A stretch of DNA of 64,000 bases, from the NCBI GenBank assembly GCA_963708025.1, contig CAVPSB010000012.1, forward strand, positions 384,001-448,000. Direction: 5' to 3'. The notes under the pieces are model-generated. The model worked only from the letters and a program-made list of their open reading frames with translations. It did no database searches and was not told where the DNA came from. Shown here one piece after another: positions 18,668 through 28,251 of the stretch. The stretch comes from an uncultured Candidatus Rokubacteria bacterium (GTDB lineage Bacteria; Methylomirabilota; Methylomirabilia; Rokubacteriales; DASRDR01). The translations under genes and the position numbers were made by a program. Numbering within the stretch: the first letter of the stretch is position 1; each line of letters begins with the position of its first letter.

Positions 18668-20292
18668 CAAAAGGCCAGGGCGTAGCCGTCGCGGCGCGGG
18701 TCGGCCCCGCCCTGCAGCACGCCCGACTCGGGGTCGCGCCCGATCCCCTGGCCGCCCCCGACGACCCACGACCAGTCGTCGATCACGTTGACCTGGTGGC
18801 CGCGCGCGGTCAGGGCGTCCCGCGTCGGCTCCGGGACGCGACCTTCCACGTCCACCAGGCGATCCCGGTAGGCTCTGACCCGCGGCGCTTCGATGGCGTC
18901 CTGGACGGCCATCCCGAACTCGAGCACGTTGAGGAGCATCTGGGGCGTGGTCTGGAGGATTCCGAAGGAGCCCGGGGTCCCGATCGAGAGGCGGAAGCCG
19001 CCGTTCCGGAACGCCTGGCACGGGGACATCCGGGTCTGGAGCCGGGCGCCGGGGCGGAGCATCGCCGGGCTCGCCGGGTCGAGCTCCGTCCAGAAGAGCA
19101 TGTTGTTGAGGAGCAGGCCGGTGCCGGGCACCATCACGCCGGAGCCGAACGGGCTGCCGAGGGTCTGGGTCACGGTCACCACCGTGCCGTCGCCGTCCGC
19201 GGTGGCGAAGTGGGTCGTGTGCTCCTTCATGAAGTCGGCGGGATGGCCGGGAAGGATCTCGTCCGGCAGCCACTCCGCGCTCCACCGCTCGCCCCCCGAC
19301 ACCCCGGCGCGCTTCGGATCGATCAGCCGTCGCCGCTCGGCCGCGTAGGCCGGCGAGAGGAGGCCGGCGATCGGCAGCCCTTCCCGGGGACCCCACGCGA
19401 CGCGATCGGCCGAGGCCAGCTTCACCGCCTCGATCAGGTGGTGGAGGTAGTCGGGCGAGTTGTGGCCGAAGCCGCGGAGGTCGAAGCCCTCGAGGAGCTG
19501 CAGGGTCTGGAGGATCGGGAAGGAGTAGGTGGGAACGCACACCTCGTGGTCACGGAACCGCGAGGCGATCGGCTCGCCCCAGGTCGGCGCGTAGCCGGCG
19601 AGGTCCGCCTCGGTGAGCCAGCCGCCGTGCTCCTGCACCGCCCGGGCGATCGTCCGCGCCAGCGGGCCTCGGTAGAACGCCTCGGCGCCGCCCTCGGCGA
19701 GCTGGCGGAGCGTGCCGCCCAGCTCCTTCTGGACGAGCACTGTCCCTGGCCGCGGCACCCGGCCACCGGCGCCGAGGAAGGTCCGCTCGGCCTCGGCCGA
19801 GTAGGCGAGCTGGACGCGCCCCTTGGCGAAGAAATCGCAGTTCTTCCAGGTGAGCGGGAAGCCCTCCTCGGCGAGGCGGATCGCGGGAGCCAGGACGGCG
19901 CTCCGCGGAAGCGTGCCGTTCCGCTCGTGGAGGGCGAGGATCGCCGCCGGGAGGCCGGGGACGCCGATGGAGCGCGCGCCGCCCTTGAGGTCCGCCTCGG
20001 TGAGCCGGCCCGGGTCGGCCGCCGCCGGCACCTGGCCGGCCGAGACCAGCGTCTCCCGGACGCCGCGGCGGGAGATCAGGAGCGAGGCCACTCCGCCCGC
20101 CGCCGACATGTACGGCTCCACCACGTGGAGGGCGAACGACGTCGCGGCGGCGGCGTCCACGGCGTTCCCGCCCTGGAGCAGCGCCTGCATGCCGGCCAGC
20201 GTCGCCAGTGGATGCGCGGCGGCGATGCAGCCGTGCGTGCCCATGACCGTCGGGCGGTAGGCCTGACCGTGAGGCGGTGTGGACGCGGACAT
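18667..20292 (-). CDS. ggt: Gamma-glutamyltransferase family protein
   Basis: GGNAVDAA, VVEPYMS, SIGVPG, PAIRLAEEGF, HTTHF (nucleophile Thr), IGTPGS, GGADPRRDG. Confidence 0.92.
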   Translation of the reverse strand: MSASTPPHGQAYRPTVMGTHGCIAAAHPLATLAGMQALLQGGNAVDAAAATSFALHVVEPYMSAAGGVASLLISRRGVRETLVSAGQVPAAADPGRLTEADLKGGARSIGVPGLPAAILALHERNGTLPRSAVLAPAIRLAEEGFPLTWKNCDFFAKGRVQLAYSAEAERTFLGAGGRVPRPGTVLVQKELGGTLRQLAEGGAEAFYRGPLARTIARAVQEHGGWLTEADLAGYAPTWGEPIASRFRDHEVCVPTYSFPILQTLQLLEGFDLRGFGHNSPDYLHHLIEAVKLASADRVAWGPREGLPIAGLLSPAYAAERRRLIDPKRAGVSGGERWSAEWLPDEILPGHPADFMKEHTTHFATADGDGTVVTVTQTLGSPFGSGVMVPGTGLLLNNMLFWTELDPASPAMLRPGARLQTRMSPCQAFRNGGFRLSIGTPGSFGILQTTPQMLLNVLEFGMAVQDAIEAPRVRAYRDRLVDVEGRVPEPTRDALTARGHQVNVIDDWSWVVGGGQGIGRDPESGVLQGGADPRRDGYALAF

Positions 20293-20314
20293 CGAAGCCT
20301 CCCTTCGGGCTTGC

Positions 20315-22042
20315 TCAGTGGCTCGTCGGCAGGTAAGCGTCCAGGTCCTGGCCGGGGCCGCCGCGGAGGAAGTCGAAGTCGGCGCCCTCGTGGGCCTGGA
20401 GCACGTGGTCGAGGTAGAGCTTGCCGTAACCGCGGGTGAAGGCCGGTCGGGGCGGGGACCACCGGGCCCGCCGGCGCGCCAGCTCCCCGTCGTCCACGTG
20501 GAGCGTGAGGCGGCGACCCGGCACGTCCAGCTCGATCTCGTCGCCGTCCTGGACGAGGGCGAGCGGGCCGCCGATCCCGGACTCGGGCGCCACGTGGAGG
20601 ACGCAGGTGCCGTAGGAGGTCCCGCTCATCCGGGCGTCCGAGATCCGGACCAGGTCCTTGACGCCCCGGCGGAGGAGCTTCTCGGGGATCGGGAGCTGGC
20701 CCCACTCCGGCATCCCGGGCGCGCCCCGGGGCCCGCCCAGCTTCTGGACCAGCACCGAGGTCTCGTTGACCTCGAGCGCGGCGTCGTTGATCCGCGCCAT
20801 CAGGTCGTGCTTGGACTCGAAGACCACGGCCCGGCCGCGGTGGCGGAGGAGGTGCGGCGACGCGGCCGTCTGCTTGAGCACGGCGCCGTCCGGGCAGAGG
20901 TTGCCGTAGAGGATGACGGTCCCGCCCTCCTTCCCGAGGGGCTGGTCGAGCGGCACGATCACCTCGCGGTTCCACACCTTGGCGGTCCGGACGTTCTCGC
21001 CCAGGCCCCGGCCGGTCACCGTGAGCGCGTCGTTGTGGAGCAGCGGCGCCAGCTCGCGGAGGACGGCCGGCAGCCCGCCCGCGTAGAAGAAGTCCTCCAT
21101 CAGGTAGGCGCCGGAGGGGCGGACGTTGGCGATGAACGGCGTCTCCCGCGAGATCCGGTCGAAGACCGACAGCGGCAGCGGCACGCCGACCCGGCCCGCG
21201 AGGGCGACCAGGTGCACGATGGCGTTGGTGCTGCCGCCGATGGCCATGTCCACTCGGATCGCGTTCTCGAACGCCTCGCGGGTCAGGATCCGGGTCGGGC
21301 GGAGGTCCTCGGCCACCATCTGGACGGCCCGCTGGCCGGAGGCCTCGGCCAGGGCGAGCCGCCGGGCGTCCGGGGCCGGGATGGCGGCGTTGCCGGGGAG
21401 GGTCATGCCGAGGGCCTCCGCCATCGACGCCATCGTGGACGCCGTGCCCATCACCATGCAGTGGCCGCTGGAGCGCGAGATGCAGTTCTCCATCTCGCAC
21501 CACTCCTCCTCGCCGATCCGCCCGGCCCGGAGCTCGTCCCAGTAGCGCCACACGTCCGTGCCGGAGCCGAGCGGCTCGGTGCCGTACATGCCCCGCAGCA
21601 TCGGCCCGCCGGTGACCATGATGGCGGGCACGTCCGCGCTGGCGGCGCCCATCAGCATCGCCGGGGTCGTCTTGTCGCAGCCGGAGAGGAGGACCACGCC
21701 GTCGAAGGGCAGGGAGCGGATGCACTCCTCGGTGTCCATGGCCAGGAGGTTCCGGAAGAGCATCGTGGTCGGCTTCATCAGGGGCTCGCTGAGCGAGATG
21801 ACCGGGAACTCCAGCGGGAAGCCGCCCGCCCGCCAGACCCCGCGCTTGACATGCTCGGCGACCGTGCGGAGGTGGCTGTTGCAGTTGGTCGCCTCGCTCC
21901 AGGAGTTGGCGACCCCGATCACCGGCCGGCCGCGGAAGGTGTCGTCGGTCAGGCCTTCCGCCTTCAGCCAGGCGCGGTGGAGGAAGCCGTTGAGGTCGTT
22001 GCCGCCGAACCAGAGCTCGCTGCGGAGTCGGGGACGCGTCAT
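20315..22042 (-). CDS. IlvD/Edd-family dehydratase (sugar-acid / L-arabinonate dehydratase-like)
   Basis: CNSHLR, GCDKTTPA, GHCMVMGTASTM, GGSTNA, GAPGMPE, SDARMSGT, HVAPE; SD CAGGAGG. Confidence 0.92.
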   Translation of the reverse strand: MTRPRLRSELWFGGNDLNGFLHRAWLKAEGLTDDTFRGRPVIGVANSWSEATNCNSHLRTVAEHVKRGVWRAGGFPLEFPVISLSEPLMKPTTMLFRNLLAMDTEECIRSLPFDGVVLLSGCDKTTPAMLMGAASADVPAIMVTGGPMLRGMYGTEPLGSGTDVWRYWDELRAGRIGEEEWCEMENCISRSSGHCMVMGTASTMASMAEALGMTLPGNAAIPAPDARRLALAEASGQRAVQMVAEDLRPTRILTREAFENAIRVDMAIGGSTNAIVHLVALAGRVGVPLPLSVFDRISRETPFIANVRPSGAYLMEDFFYAGGLPAVLRELAPLLHNDALTVTGRGLGENVRTAKVWNREVIVPLDQPLGKEGGTVILYGNLCPDGAVLKQTAASPHLLRHRGRAVVFESKHDLMARINDAALEVNETSVLVQKLGGPRGAPGMPEWGQLPIPEKLLRRGVKDLVRISDARMSGTSYGTCVLHVAPESGIGGPLALVQDGDEIELDVPGRRLTLHVDDGELARRRARWSPPRPAFTRGYGKLYLDHVLQAHEGADFDFLRGGPGQDLDAYLPTSH

Positions 22043-22160
22043 GGTGCCGGGAGCCTCCTGGGTGGACCGTGGTGCCCGCCTATCTTTTCGCGCCCCTGGA
22101 CTGCTGTCAAGCGGCAGCGCATGGTTTCCCGGGCGCCGCGGCTCCGCGTACAATGGGGTC

Positions 22161-22721
22161 GTGGCGAGCCAGGGGCTCCGGCATCGGTTCACCGTCGAGG
22201 ACTACCACCGGATGGCGGCGGCGGGGGTCCTGTCCGATGACGACCGGGTCGAGCTGATCGACGGGGAGATCGTTGACATGACGCCCATCGGCAGCCGGCA
22301 CATGGCGTGCGTGGACCGACTGAATCGATTGCTCACGGCGGCGTGCGGGGACCGGGCGATCGTGCGGGTTCAGGGCCCGATCCGGCTCGGTCCTCGCTCG
22401 GAGCCGCAGCCGGACGTCACGCTGCTGCGCCCCCGACCGGATTTCTACGCGGAGGGGCATCCGGGCCCGGACTCCGTGCTGGTGCTGGTCGAGGTCGCCG
22501 ACACCTCGCTCGATCTGGATCGGAGCGTGAAGCTGCCGCTCTACGCCCGGGCCGGGATCCGCGAGGTCTGGCTGGTGGACCTCGCCGCCAGCCGCGTGGT
22601 GGTGCATCGCACGCCGGGACCCGATGGGTACGCCGACGTCCGGTCGACGGGTGGCGACGCGCGCCTCTCGCCCGCCGCGTTCCCCGGTCTCGATCTCCGC
22701 GCTCGGGACATCATCGGCTGA
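22161..22721 (+). CDS. Uma2 family (DUF820) putative endonuclease
   Basis: RFTVEDYHRM, RVELIDGEIV.M.PIG..H, EPQPD, VEVADTSL..DR..KL.LYA.AGI.E.W; TACAAT 6 nt before the GTG. Confidence 0.9.
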   Translation: MASQGLRHRFTVEDYHRMAAAGVLSDDDRVELIDGEIVDMTPIGSRHMACVDRLNRLLTAACGDRAIVRVQGPIRLGPRSEPQPDVTLLRPRPDFYAEGHPGPDSVLVLVEVADTSLDLDRSVKLPLYARAGIREVWLVDLAASRVVVHRTPGPDGYADVRSTGGDARLSPAAFPGLDLRARDIIG

Positions 22722-22752
22722 GCCGTCCCGGCCGGCGCCTTCCCCGCGATCC

Positions 22753-23460
22753 ATGGGCATCCGCGAGCGGCTCGAGCGCCTCGACTGGAAGGAGATCGAG
22801 GCCGCGCTCTGGGAATGGGGCTACGCCCGGACGGACGCCGTCCTCACCCCGGCGGAGTGCGCCGAGCTGATCGCGCTCTACCCCGACGACCGGCGGTTCC
22901 GCAGCCGGATCGACATGGCCCGCTTCCGGTTCGGTGTGGGCGACTACAAGTACTTCGCCGACCCGCTCCCGCCGCTGGTGGCCACGCTCCGCCAGCACGC
23001 GTACCCGCCGCTGGCGGCGATCGCGAACCGGTGGATGGAGGCGCTGGGCGTCCGCGACCGCTATCCGGAGGAGCTGGCCGGCCTGCTCGCCCGCTGCCAC
23101 CGGGCCGGCCAGACGAAGCCGACGCCGCTCCTGCTCCACTACGAGGCCGGCGGCTACAACTGCCTCCACCGCGATCTCTACGGGGAGGTGGCGTTCCCCC
23201 TCCAGCTCACCGCGTTCCTGAGCCGGCGCGGGGCCGACTACACGGGCGGCGAGTTCCTCCTCGTCGAGCAGCGGCCGCGGGCCCAGTCCCGTGGCGAGGC
23301 GATCCCGACCGAGCAGGGGGAGCTGGTGATCTTCGCGACGGCGGAGCGGCCGGTCCACGGGAGCCGGGGCTACTTCCGCGCCGGCATGCGGCATGGCGTG
23401 AGCCGGGTGCGCTCGGGCTCCCGGTACACGCTGGGCGTCATCTTCCACGACGCGCGCTGA
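22753..23460 (+). CDS. 2OG-Fe(II) oxygenase (DUF2086-like)
   Basis: FRSRIDMARFRFG.GDYKYF, KPTPLLLHY, NCLHRDLYG (HxD), EQRPRAQS, RHGVSRVRSG.RYTLGVIFHDA. Confidence 0.88.
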   Translation: MGIRERLERLDWKEIEAALWEWGYARTDAVLTPAECAELIALYPDDRRFRSRIDMARFRFGVGDYKYFADPLPPLVATLRQHAYPPLAAIANRWMEALGVRDRYPEELAGLLARCHRAGQTKPTPLLLHYEAGGYNCLHRDLYGEVAFPLQLTAFLSRRGADYTGGEFLLVEQRPRAQSRGEAIPTEQGELVIFATAERPVHGSRGYFRAGMRHGVSRVRSGSRYTLGVIFHDAR

Positions 23461-23537
23461 TTTTTCGGGACCGGCCTCCGTCCCGCCCAGCCCCCCTCCG
23501 CCCCCCACCGGGGAGGGGGGAGTCGGAGTCGCCGATT
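23461..23537 (-). repeat. Family A element (reverse) between convergent genes
   Basis: Minus strand CTCCGACTCCCCCCTCCCCGGTGGGGGGCGGAGGGGGGCTGGGCGGG...GTCCCGAAAAATCA. Confidence 0.75.
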
Positions 23538-23545
23538 TACTTGGT

Positions 23546-24199
23546 CTACTGGGTCGCGGTGCCGGACTTCCGGGTCTTCTGCTCTTCCGCCACCTCGAGC
23601 TGCTTCTGCTCCATCTTCTTCATCAGCTCGTCGAACGAGTTCTGCGTGATGATCTTGTTGAACTGGGACCGGTAGTTGGCGACCAGGCTGACCCCCTCGA
23701 TCGACACGTCGTAGACCTCCCACCGGTCACCCTTCTTCTGCAGCCGGTAGTCGAGGGGGATCTCGGTTCCCCGCTGGGTGACGATCTTGGACCGCACGCT
23801 CACCGTGTCCCCGTCGGCCACCTCGGGCAGGTAGACGATCTTCTCCCCGCCGTACGACTCGATCTTGGTCACGTAGGAGTTCTCGAGGAGGTCCGCGAAG
23901 AGCTCGGTGAAGCGCTTCCGCTGCTCAGGGGTCCGCGCCGCCCAGTGGCGGGCCAGCGCCCGCTTCGCCATCTCCTCGAAGTCGAAGAGCCCGCGCGCCA
24001 CCTCCCGGATCTGGGCGCGGCGCTTCTCGGCGTGCTGCGGCTTCTTGAGCTCCGGGTCCTGCACCAGCTTCAGCACCCGATCCACCGAGGCCTTGACCTG
24101 GTCGGTGGCCGGGCCGGCCCAGGCGGCGGCCGCCGCCAGCGCGATCCCGGCGGCGATCGCCCCCGCCTTGACCGACCGCGGCGTCGGTAGCGTTCTCAT
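23546..24199 (-). CDS. mlaC: MlaC/ttg2D-family phospholipid-binding periplasmic protein
   Basis: Signal peptide, FDFEEMAKRALARHW, YRL, WEVYDVSIEGVSLVANYRSQF; SD GAGGAG. Confidence 0.9.
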   Translation of the reverse strand: MRTLPTPRSVKAGAIAAGIALAAAAAWAGPATDQVKASVDRVLKLVQDPELKKPQHAEKRRAQIREVARGLFDFEEMAKRALARHWAARTPEQRKRFTELFADLLENSYVTKIESYGGEKIVYLPEVADGDTVSVRSKIVTQRGTEIPLDYRLQKKGDRWEVYDVSIEGVSLVANYRSQFNKIITQNSFDELMKKMEQKQLEVAEEQKTRKSGTATQ

Positions 24200-24242
24200 G
24201 TGTGCTCCTCCTCGAGGGCCAGGCCCTCGGCTCTCTCGTGAC

Positions 24243-24258
24243 GGCAAGCACCATGCCA
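24243..24258 (-). promoter_or_regulatory. Sigma54 (-24/-12) promoter upstream of mlaC
   Basis: Minus strand TGGCATGGTGCTTGC = TGGCAY-N5-TTGC with exact GG-N10-GC spacing. Confidence 0.7.
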
Positions 24259-24358
24259 GGACTCCGGCCTCGCGGCGCACGCGAACCATCTGACGGCCGA
24301 CCGGGACGCGCCGTTCGCGCCGTCAGGTCGCTGACAGGTGAACGCGGCCCCGATGGGA

Positions 24359-25381
24359 TCAGATACGGCCCCGGAGGGCGGCAGCGAACGCCTCGATCGC
24401 GCCGCGCTCGCTGCGGCTCTCCAGCGGCACGTAAGGGGCGACCCGATCGAGAAGCCCGGCGTAGCGGGCGGCGAGGGCGTGCGCCAGCTCCGGGAGGGGC
24501 GCCTCGACCGCGAAGGTGGCCAGCATCTCGTCGCTGATCAGGTCGGCCATGCCGGCCCAGTCGCCCTCCACGGACTTCCGGTGCAGGCGCGGCATCAGGT
24601 CCTGCCAGCCATGGGCGGCCAGGACGGGCTCGTAGGTCCGGGTGGACGCGTAGAAGGCGATCTGGCTCCGCGCGAACTGGCGGGCCTGGTCCCGCTCGGC
24701 GGCGGTGCGCCCGGTCACCATGAAGACGGACGTGGCGAGGGTGATGTCGTCACGGCGGCGCCCGCTCTTGGCGAGCCCGGCCTCGATGTTGGGGAGCGCG
24801 AACTCCCGGAGGTACGTCACCGAATGGAACGGGTGCAGGTGCACGCCCTCGCACAGCTCGCCGGCCAGGCGCAGGTTGTAGCCGTTGACCGCCGCGATGT
24901 AGATCGGGATCCGTGGGTGGTCGATGGGGCGCGGGGTGAAGAAGGGCGTCATCAGGGTGATGTTGTAGTGCTCGCTCCGGAAGTTGATGGGGGCGCCGGT
25001 CTGCCAGCACTCCCAGACGGCCCGGAGGGCCTGGACGTAGTCCCGCAGGCGCGGCCCGGGGGCCGTCCACGGCACCGAGAAGCGCCGCTCGTTGTGACCC
25101 TTGACCTGGGTGCCGAGCCCGAGGATCAGCCGGCCCCCGGAGGCGGCCTGGAGGTCCCAGGCCATGTGGGCCACGACCGTCGGGCTTCGCGGAAAGGCGA
25201 CCGCGATCGCGGTGCCCAGGGTCGGCCGGCGCGTGTGCTCGGCGGCCAGCGCCAGCGGGAGAAACGGATCGTGCCGCGTCTCGGAGGCCCACAGACCGTC
25301 GAAGCCGAGGGCCTCGGCGTCGCGGGCCAGGGCCGGCACGTCGACCAGGCTGTCGATCGCGATGTTGATGTCGAGCTTCAT
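24359..25381 (-). CDS. LLM-class putative F420-dependent oxidoreductase (TIGR03617-like)
   Basis: ETRHDPFLPL, GTAIAVAFPRSP, LGLGTQVKGHNERRF, LMTPFF, HPF, QIAFYASTRTY. Confidence 0.88.
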   Translation of the reverse strand: MKLDINIAIDSLVDVPALARDAEALGFDGLWASETRHDPFLPLALAAEHTRRPTLGTAIAVAFPRSPTVVAHMAWDLQAASGGRLILGLGTQVKGHNERRFSVPWTAPGPRLRDYVQALRAVWECWQTGAPINFRSEHYNITLMTPFFTPRPIDHPRIPIYIAAVNGYNLRLAGELCEGVHLHPFHSVTYLREFALPNIEAGLAKSGRRRDDITLATSVFMVTGRTAAERDQARQFARSQIAFYASTRTYEPVLAAHGWQDLMPRLHRKSVEGDWAGMADLISDEMLATFAVEAPLPELAHALAARYAGLLDRVAPYVPLESRSERGAIEAFAAALRGRI

Positions 25382-25448
25382 CGATTCCTCACCGCCCTCG
25401 CGGCACTCGACGAGGGCACCGAATCCAGGCCTTGGGTACCGGGCCGCG

Positions 25449-26261
25449 TCATCGTCCTTCCCCGATCGGGGAAAGGGGCACCCGGTCTTTCCATCCGACG
25501 ACGAGGCCCGGGGCGCCGGCCTCCAGGGTGGCCAGCGGGACCCGCACGAGCAGCCGGTCCCCCTCGCGCCACTCGCCGGCCCGCATGGGCGCGACGTCGG
25601 CCGGGCCCCGCGGCGTGAGGCTCGCGTCCACCATGGTCTCGACCCCGCTCCGGACGATGAGCAGTTCCAGGCCGCCCGCGCGGCGAAAGAGCCTCGGGGC
25701 GTCGGGGCGCACCGCCGGCCAGACCATGGGTGTCAGGACGACCGGGACGCCCGTGCCCCGGATGAGGGCGGGCAGGGTGATGTCGAGCCGGACGAAGCTG
25801 CCGTCGGGCGCGGCCACGAGCAGCGTGCCGATCACCTGGGTGATCGTGGTGAGCTCCCCGCCGATGTCGATCACGCAGACGTCGCCGGGTCGTGCCGTCC
25901 GCGGCTGGATCTCGAGCGACGTCCAGGCGGCGGCGTCGGCCGGCGGCCGCAGCGCGAGGAGCTGGAACTCGCCCTGGCCACCGAAGGCCGCGGCCTCTGG
26001 GCCGGCGAGCAGCCGCATCGGCTTCCGGACGAGCGCCTCCCGGGGGATGGCGTCCACGGCACCGGGCGGGGCGCGCTCGACGACACCTCGCTCCAGCACT
26101 GCCGCCAGCCCGGGCCGGGCCGCCCGCTGGGCCGTGACCGCCTCCCAGAGGAAGGCGAAGCGGACGGCCGGCGGGCTCGTCTGGCCCCCGGCGCCGGGCG
26201 GTGCCGCCAGGACCGCCACGCCGACCAGGCAGCCGAGGAGAACCGGGCGGGCCCCGCTCAC
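25449..26261 (-). CDS. Hypothetical exported protein
   Basis: GTG with purine-rich SD; hydrophobic signal-like N-terminus; fills the gap between genes. Confidence 0.55.
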   Translation of the reverse strand: MSGARPVLLGCLVGVAVLAAPPGAGGQTSPPAVRFAFLWEAVTAQRAARPGLAAVLERGVVERAPPGAVDAIPREALVRKPMRLLAGPEAAAFGGQGEFQLLALRPPADAAAWTSLEIQPRTARPGDVCVIDIGGELTTITQVIGTLLVAAPDGSFVRLDITLPALIRGTGVPVVLTPMVWPAVRPDAPRLFRRAGGLELLIVRSGVETMVDASLTPRGPADVAPMRAGEWREGDRLLVRVPLATLEAGAPGLVVGWKDRVPLSPIGEGR

Positions 26262-26429
26262 TGCGCACCCCTCGGTAAGAAGTGGCGGAGCTTCCCTGCG
26301 TGGCACCGGGCCGCGGCCCGAGCCCCGCTCGGACGCAGGGAGGAGGCGGGCCGAGGCGTATGCCGCATACGTTGAGGCCCGCCGACGACCGAGGACGCCG
26401 CGGGGCGAAGGGCCCCGGCCCGGTGCCGC

Positions 26430-27440
26430 TCACTGCTGGTAGGCCATCGCTTCCAGCCGCGCGATTCGCTCCTCGATCGGCGGATGCGTGCCGAGGAGGT
26501 CGGCCACGGCCCCCTCGCGCTCGTTCACCGCGCGCTCCAGCGGATCGGCGATGCAGAGGTGGGCGGTGCCGCGGGCGACCCGCCGGGTCGGCTCGGTGGC
26601 CGCCTGGAGTTTGCGGAGGGCGTTGGCCAGCCCGATGGGGTTGCGGGTCAGCTCGGCCCCCGAGGCGTCGGCCAGATACTCCCGCCGCCGGGACACCGCG
26701 GTGGCGAGGAGCTGACCGACGATCGGGGCCAGGACGATGGCGAGGAGCCAGATCACGAAGACCAGGAGGCCGAGCAGCCCGGAGCCCGCGCCACCACCGC
26801 TGTCGTCGTCGCGGCTCTCCCGGCGACCGAGCCGCACCCGCATCGCCCAGTCGCTCAGGAGGAGCACCGCGCCCAGGAGGGCGGCGACCACCGTCATGGT
26901 CCGGATGTCGTAGTTCCGGACGTGCGACATCTCGTGGGCGATGACGCCCTGCAGCTCGTCGCGGTTCATCGCCATCAGGAGCCCGCTCGTCACGGCGATA
27001 GAAGCGTGGTCGGGGTCGCGACCGGTCGCGAAGGCGTTGGGGTCGGGGTCGTCGACCACGTAGACCTTCGGCATGGGCAGGCCGGAGGCGATCGACATCT
27101 CGGTCACGACGTTCATCAGCACGCGGGAGTTCGGGTCATCCGTTTGCACGGGCCGCGCCCCGCTACCGGCCAGGACCGCCCGGTCCCCGAACCGGTACCC
27201 GAACCACGACGAAACGCCGCCGAAGACCGCGGCCAGCGTGGCCGCGATGGGAATCGGCAGGCCACCCCGCCGGGCTGTCCGGGACGCGTCGTAGCCCAAG
27301 ACGAACAGGTCGAAGCCGAAGCCGAGGAAGGCCAGGAGCAGGACGAAGACACCGATCAGGAACCAGGTCATCCGCTTGTTCGCCGCCTGCTCGGCGAAGA
27401 GGTTCCGCGGCGTCGCCGGCCGCGGCGGCCCTTCGGCCAT
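26430..27440 (-). CDS. htpX: M48-family membrane zinc metalloprotease HtpX
   Basis: PNAFATG, ELQGVIAHEMSH (HExxH), SRRREYLAD, LANALRKL, THPPIEERI. Confidence 0.92.
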   Translation of the reverse strand: MAEGPPRPATPRNLFAEQAANKRMTWFLIGVFVLLLAFLGFGFDLFVLGYDASRTARRGGLPIPIAATLAAVFGGVSSWFGYRFGDRAVLAGSGARPVQTDDPNSRVLMNVVTEMSIASGLPMPKVYVVDDPDPNAFATGRDPDHASIAVTSGLLMAMNRDELQGVIAHEMSHVRNYDIRTMTVVAALLGAVLLLSDWAMRVRLGRRESRDDDSGGGAGSGLLGLLVFVIWLLAIVLAPIVGQLLATAVSRRREYLADASGAELTRNPIGLANALRKLQAATEPTRRVARGTAHLCIADPLERAVNEREGAVADLLGTHPPIEERIARLEAMAYQQ

Positions 27441-27611
27441 GTCTCAGCCTTGCCGGGGGGGAGCTGCGCGCTCCATCCGAATCGCCGCGGCGCCCACCCG
27501 CAACCGGGTACGGGCCTGCGGCCCTCGGGACGCCGCGTCCCTCCGGTGGCCCGGGTCCCCCCTCCGGGCGTCCCGTCGCTCGCGCATCCGCGGTGATGGC
27601 TGCACGGGGGC

Positions 27612-28163
27612 TCAGCGCCCGCCCAGATCCACGCGGGGGACCGCGCGCTCGGCCGCCTCCATCTCGAAGAACTCGGCGGGGCGGAAGCCGAGGGCGCTGG
27701 CCACCAGGTTCAGGGGGAAGACCTGTTGGCGGGTGTTGAAGCGGGCCGCCATGTCGTTGTAGAGCTGGCGGGCGAAGCCGATCCGGTTCTCGGTGCTGAC
27801 CAGCTCTTCCTGGAGCGCCAGGACGTTCTGGTTGGCCTTGAGGTCGGGATAGCGCTCCATCACGGCGATCAGGCGTCCCACCGCCTGGCTGAGCTGGCCC
27901 TCGGCCTGGCCGACCTGGGCGGCACCGGCCGCGTTCATGGCCCGCGCCCGCGCCTCGCTCACCCGTTCGAAGATCTCGCGCTCGTGCTGCATGTAACCCT
28001 TGACGGCGGCGACCAGGTTCGGGACCAGGTCGTGGCGGCGCTTGAGCTGTACGTCGATCTGGGCCCAGGCGTTCTTGACCTGGTTCCGCAGCCCGACCAG
28101 GCTGTTGTAGAGCCAGATCGCGATCGCGGCGAGGGCGATCACCACCACCAGCCCCAGGGTCAT
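27612..28163 (-). CDS. lemA: LemA family protein
   Basis: YNSLV..RN.V.NAW.QIDVQLKRRHDLVPNLV, YPDLKA, ENRIGFARQ.YN; SD GGAGG, TACAAT at 28230-28235. Confidence 0.95.
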   Translation of the reverse strand: MTLGLVVVIALAAIAIWLYNSLVGLRNQVKNAWAQIDVQLKRRHDLVPNLVAAVKGYMQHEREIFERVSEARARAMNAAGAAQVGQAEGQLSQAVGRLIAVMERYPDLKANQNVLALQEELVSTENRIGFARQLYNDMAARFNTRQQVFPLNLVASALGFRPAEFFEMEAAERAVPRVDLGGR

Positions 28164-28251
28164 CGGCCTACCCTCCGGTCAGACAGGGCGCACCACACCC
28201 GCCATCGGCGAGGCGCCATCGGCGAGGCGATTGTAGCGGACTCGGCGCCGG

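Noticed and set aside
22161-22721. Uma2 gene as part of a defence system
   Set aside because: Solitary member of a commonly expanded family with no methylase or other defence neighbours.
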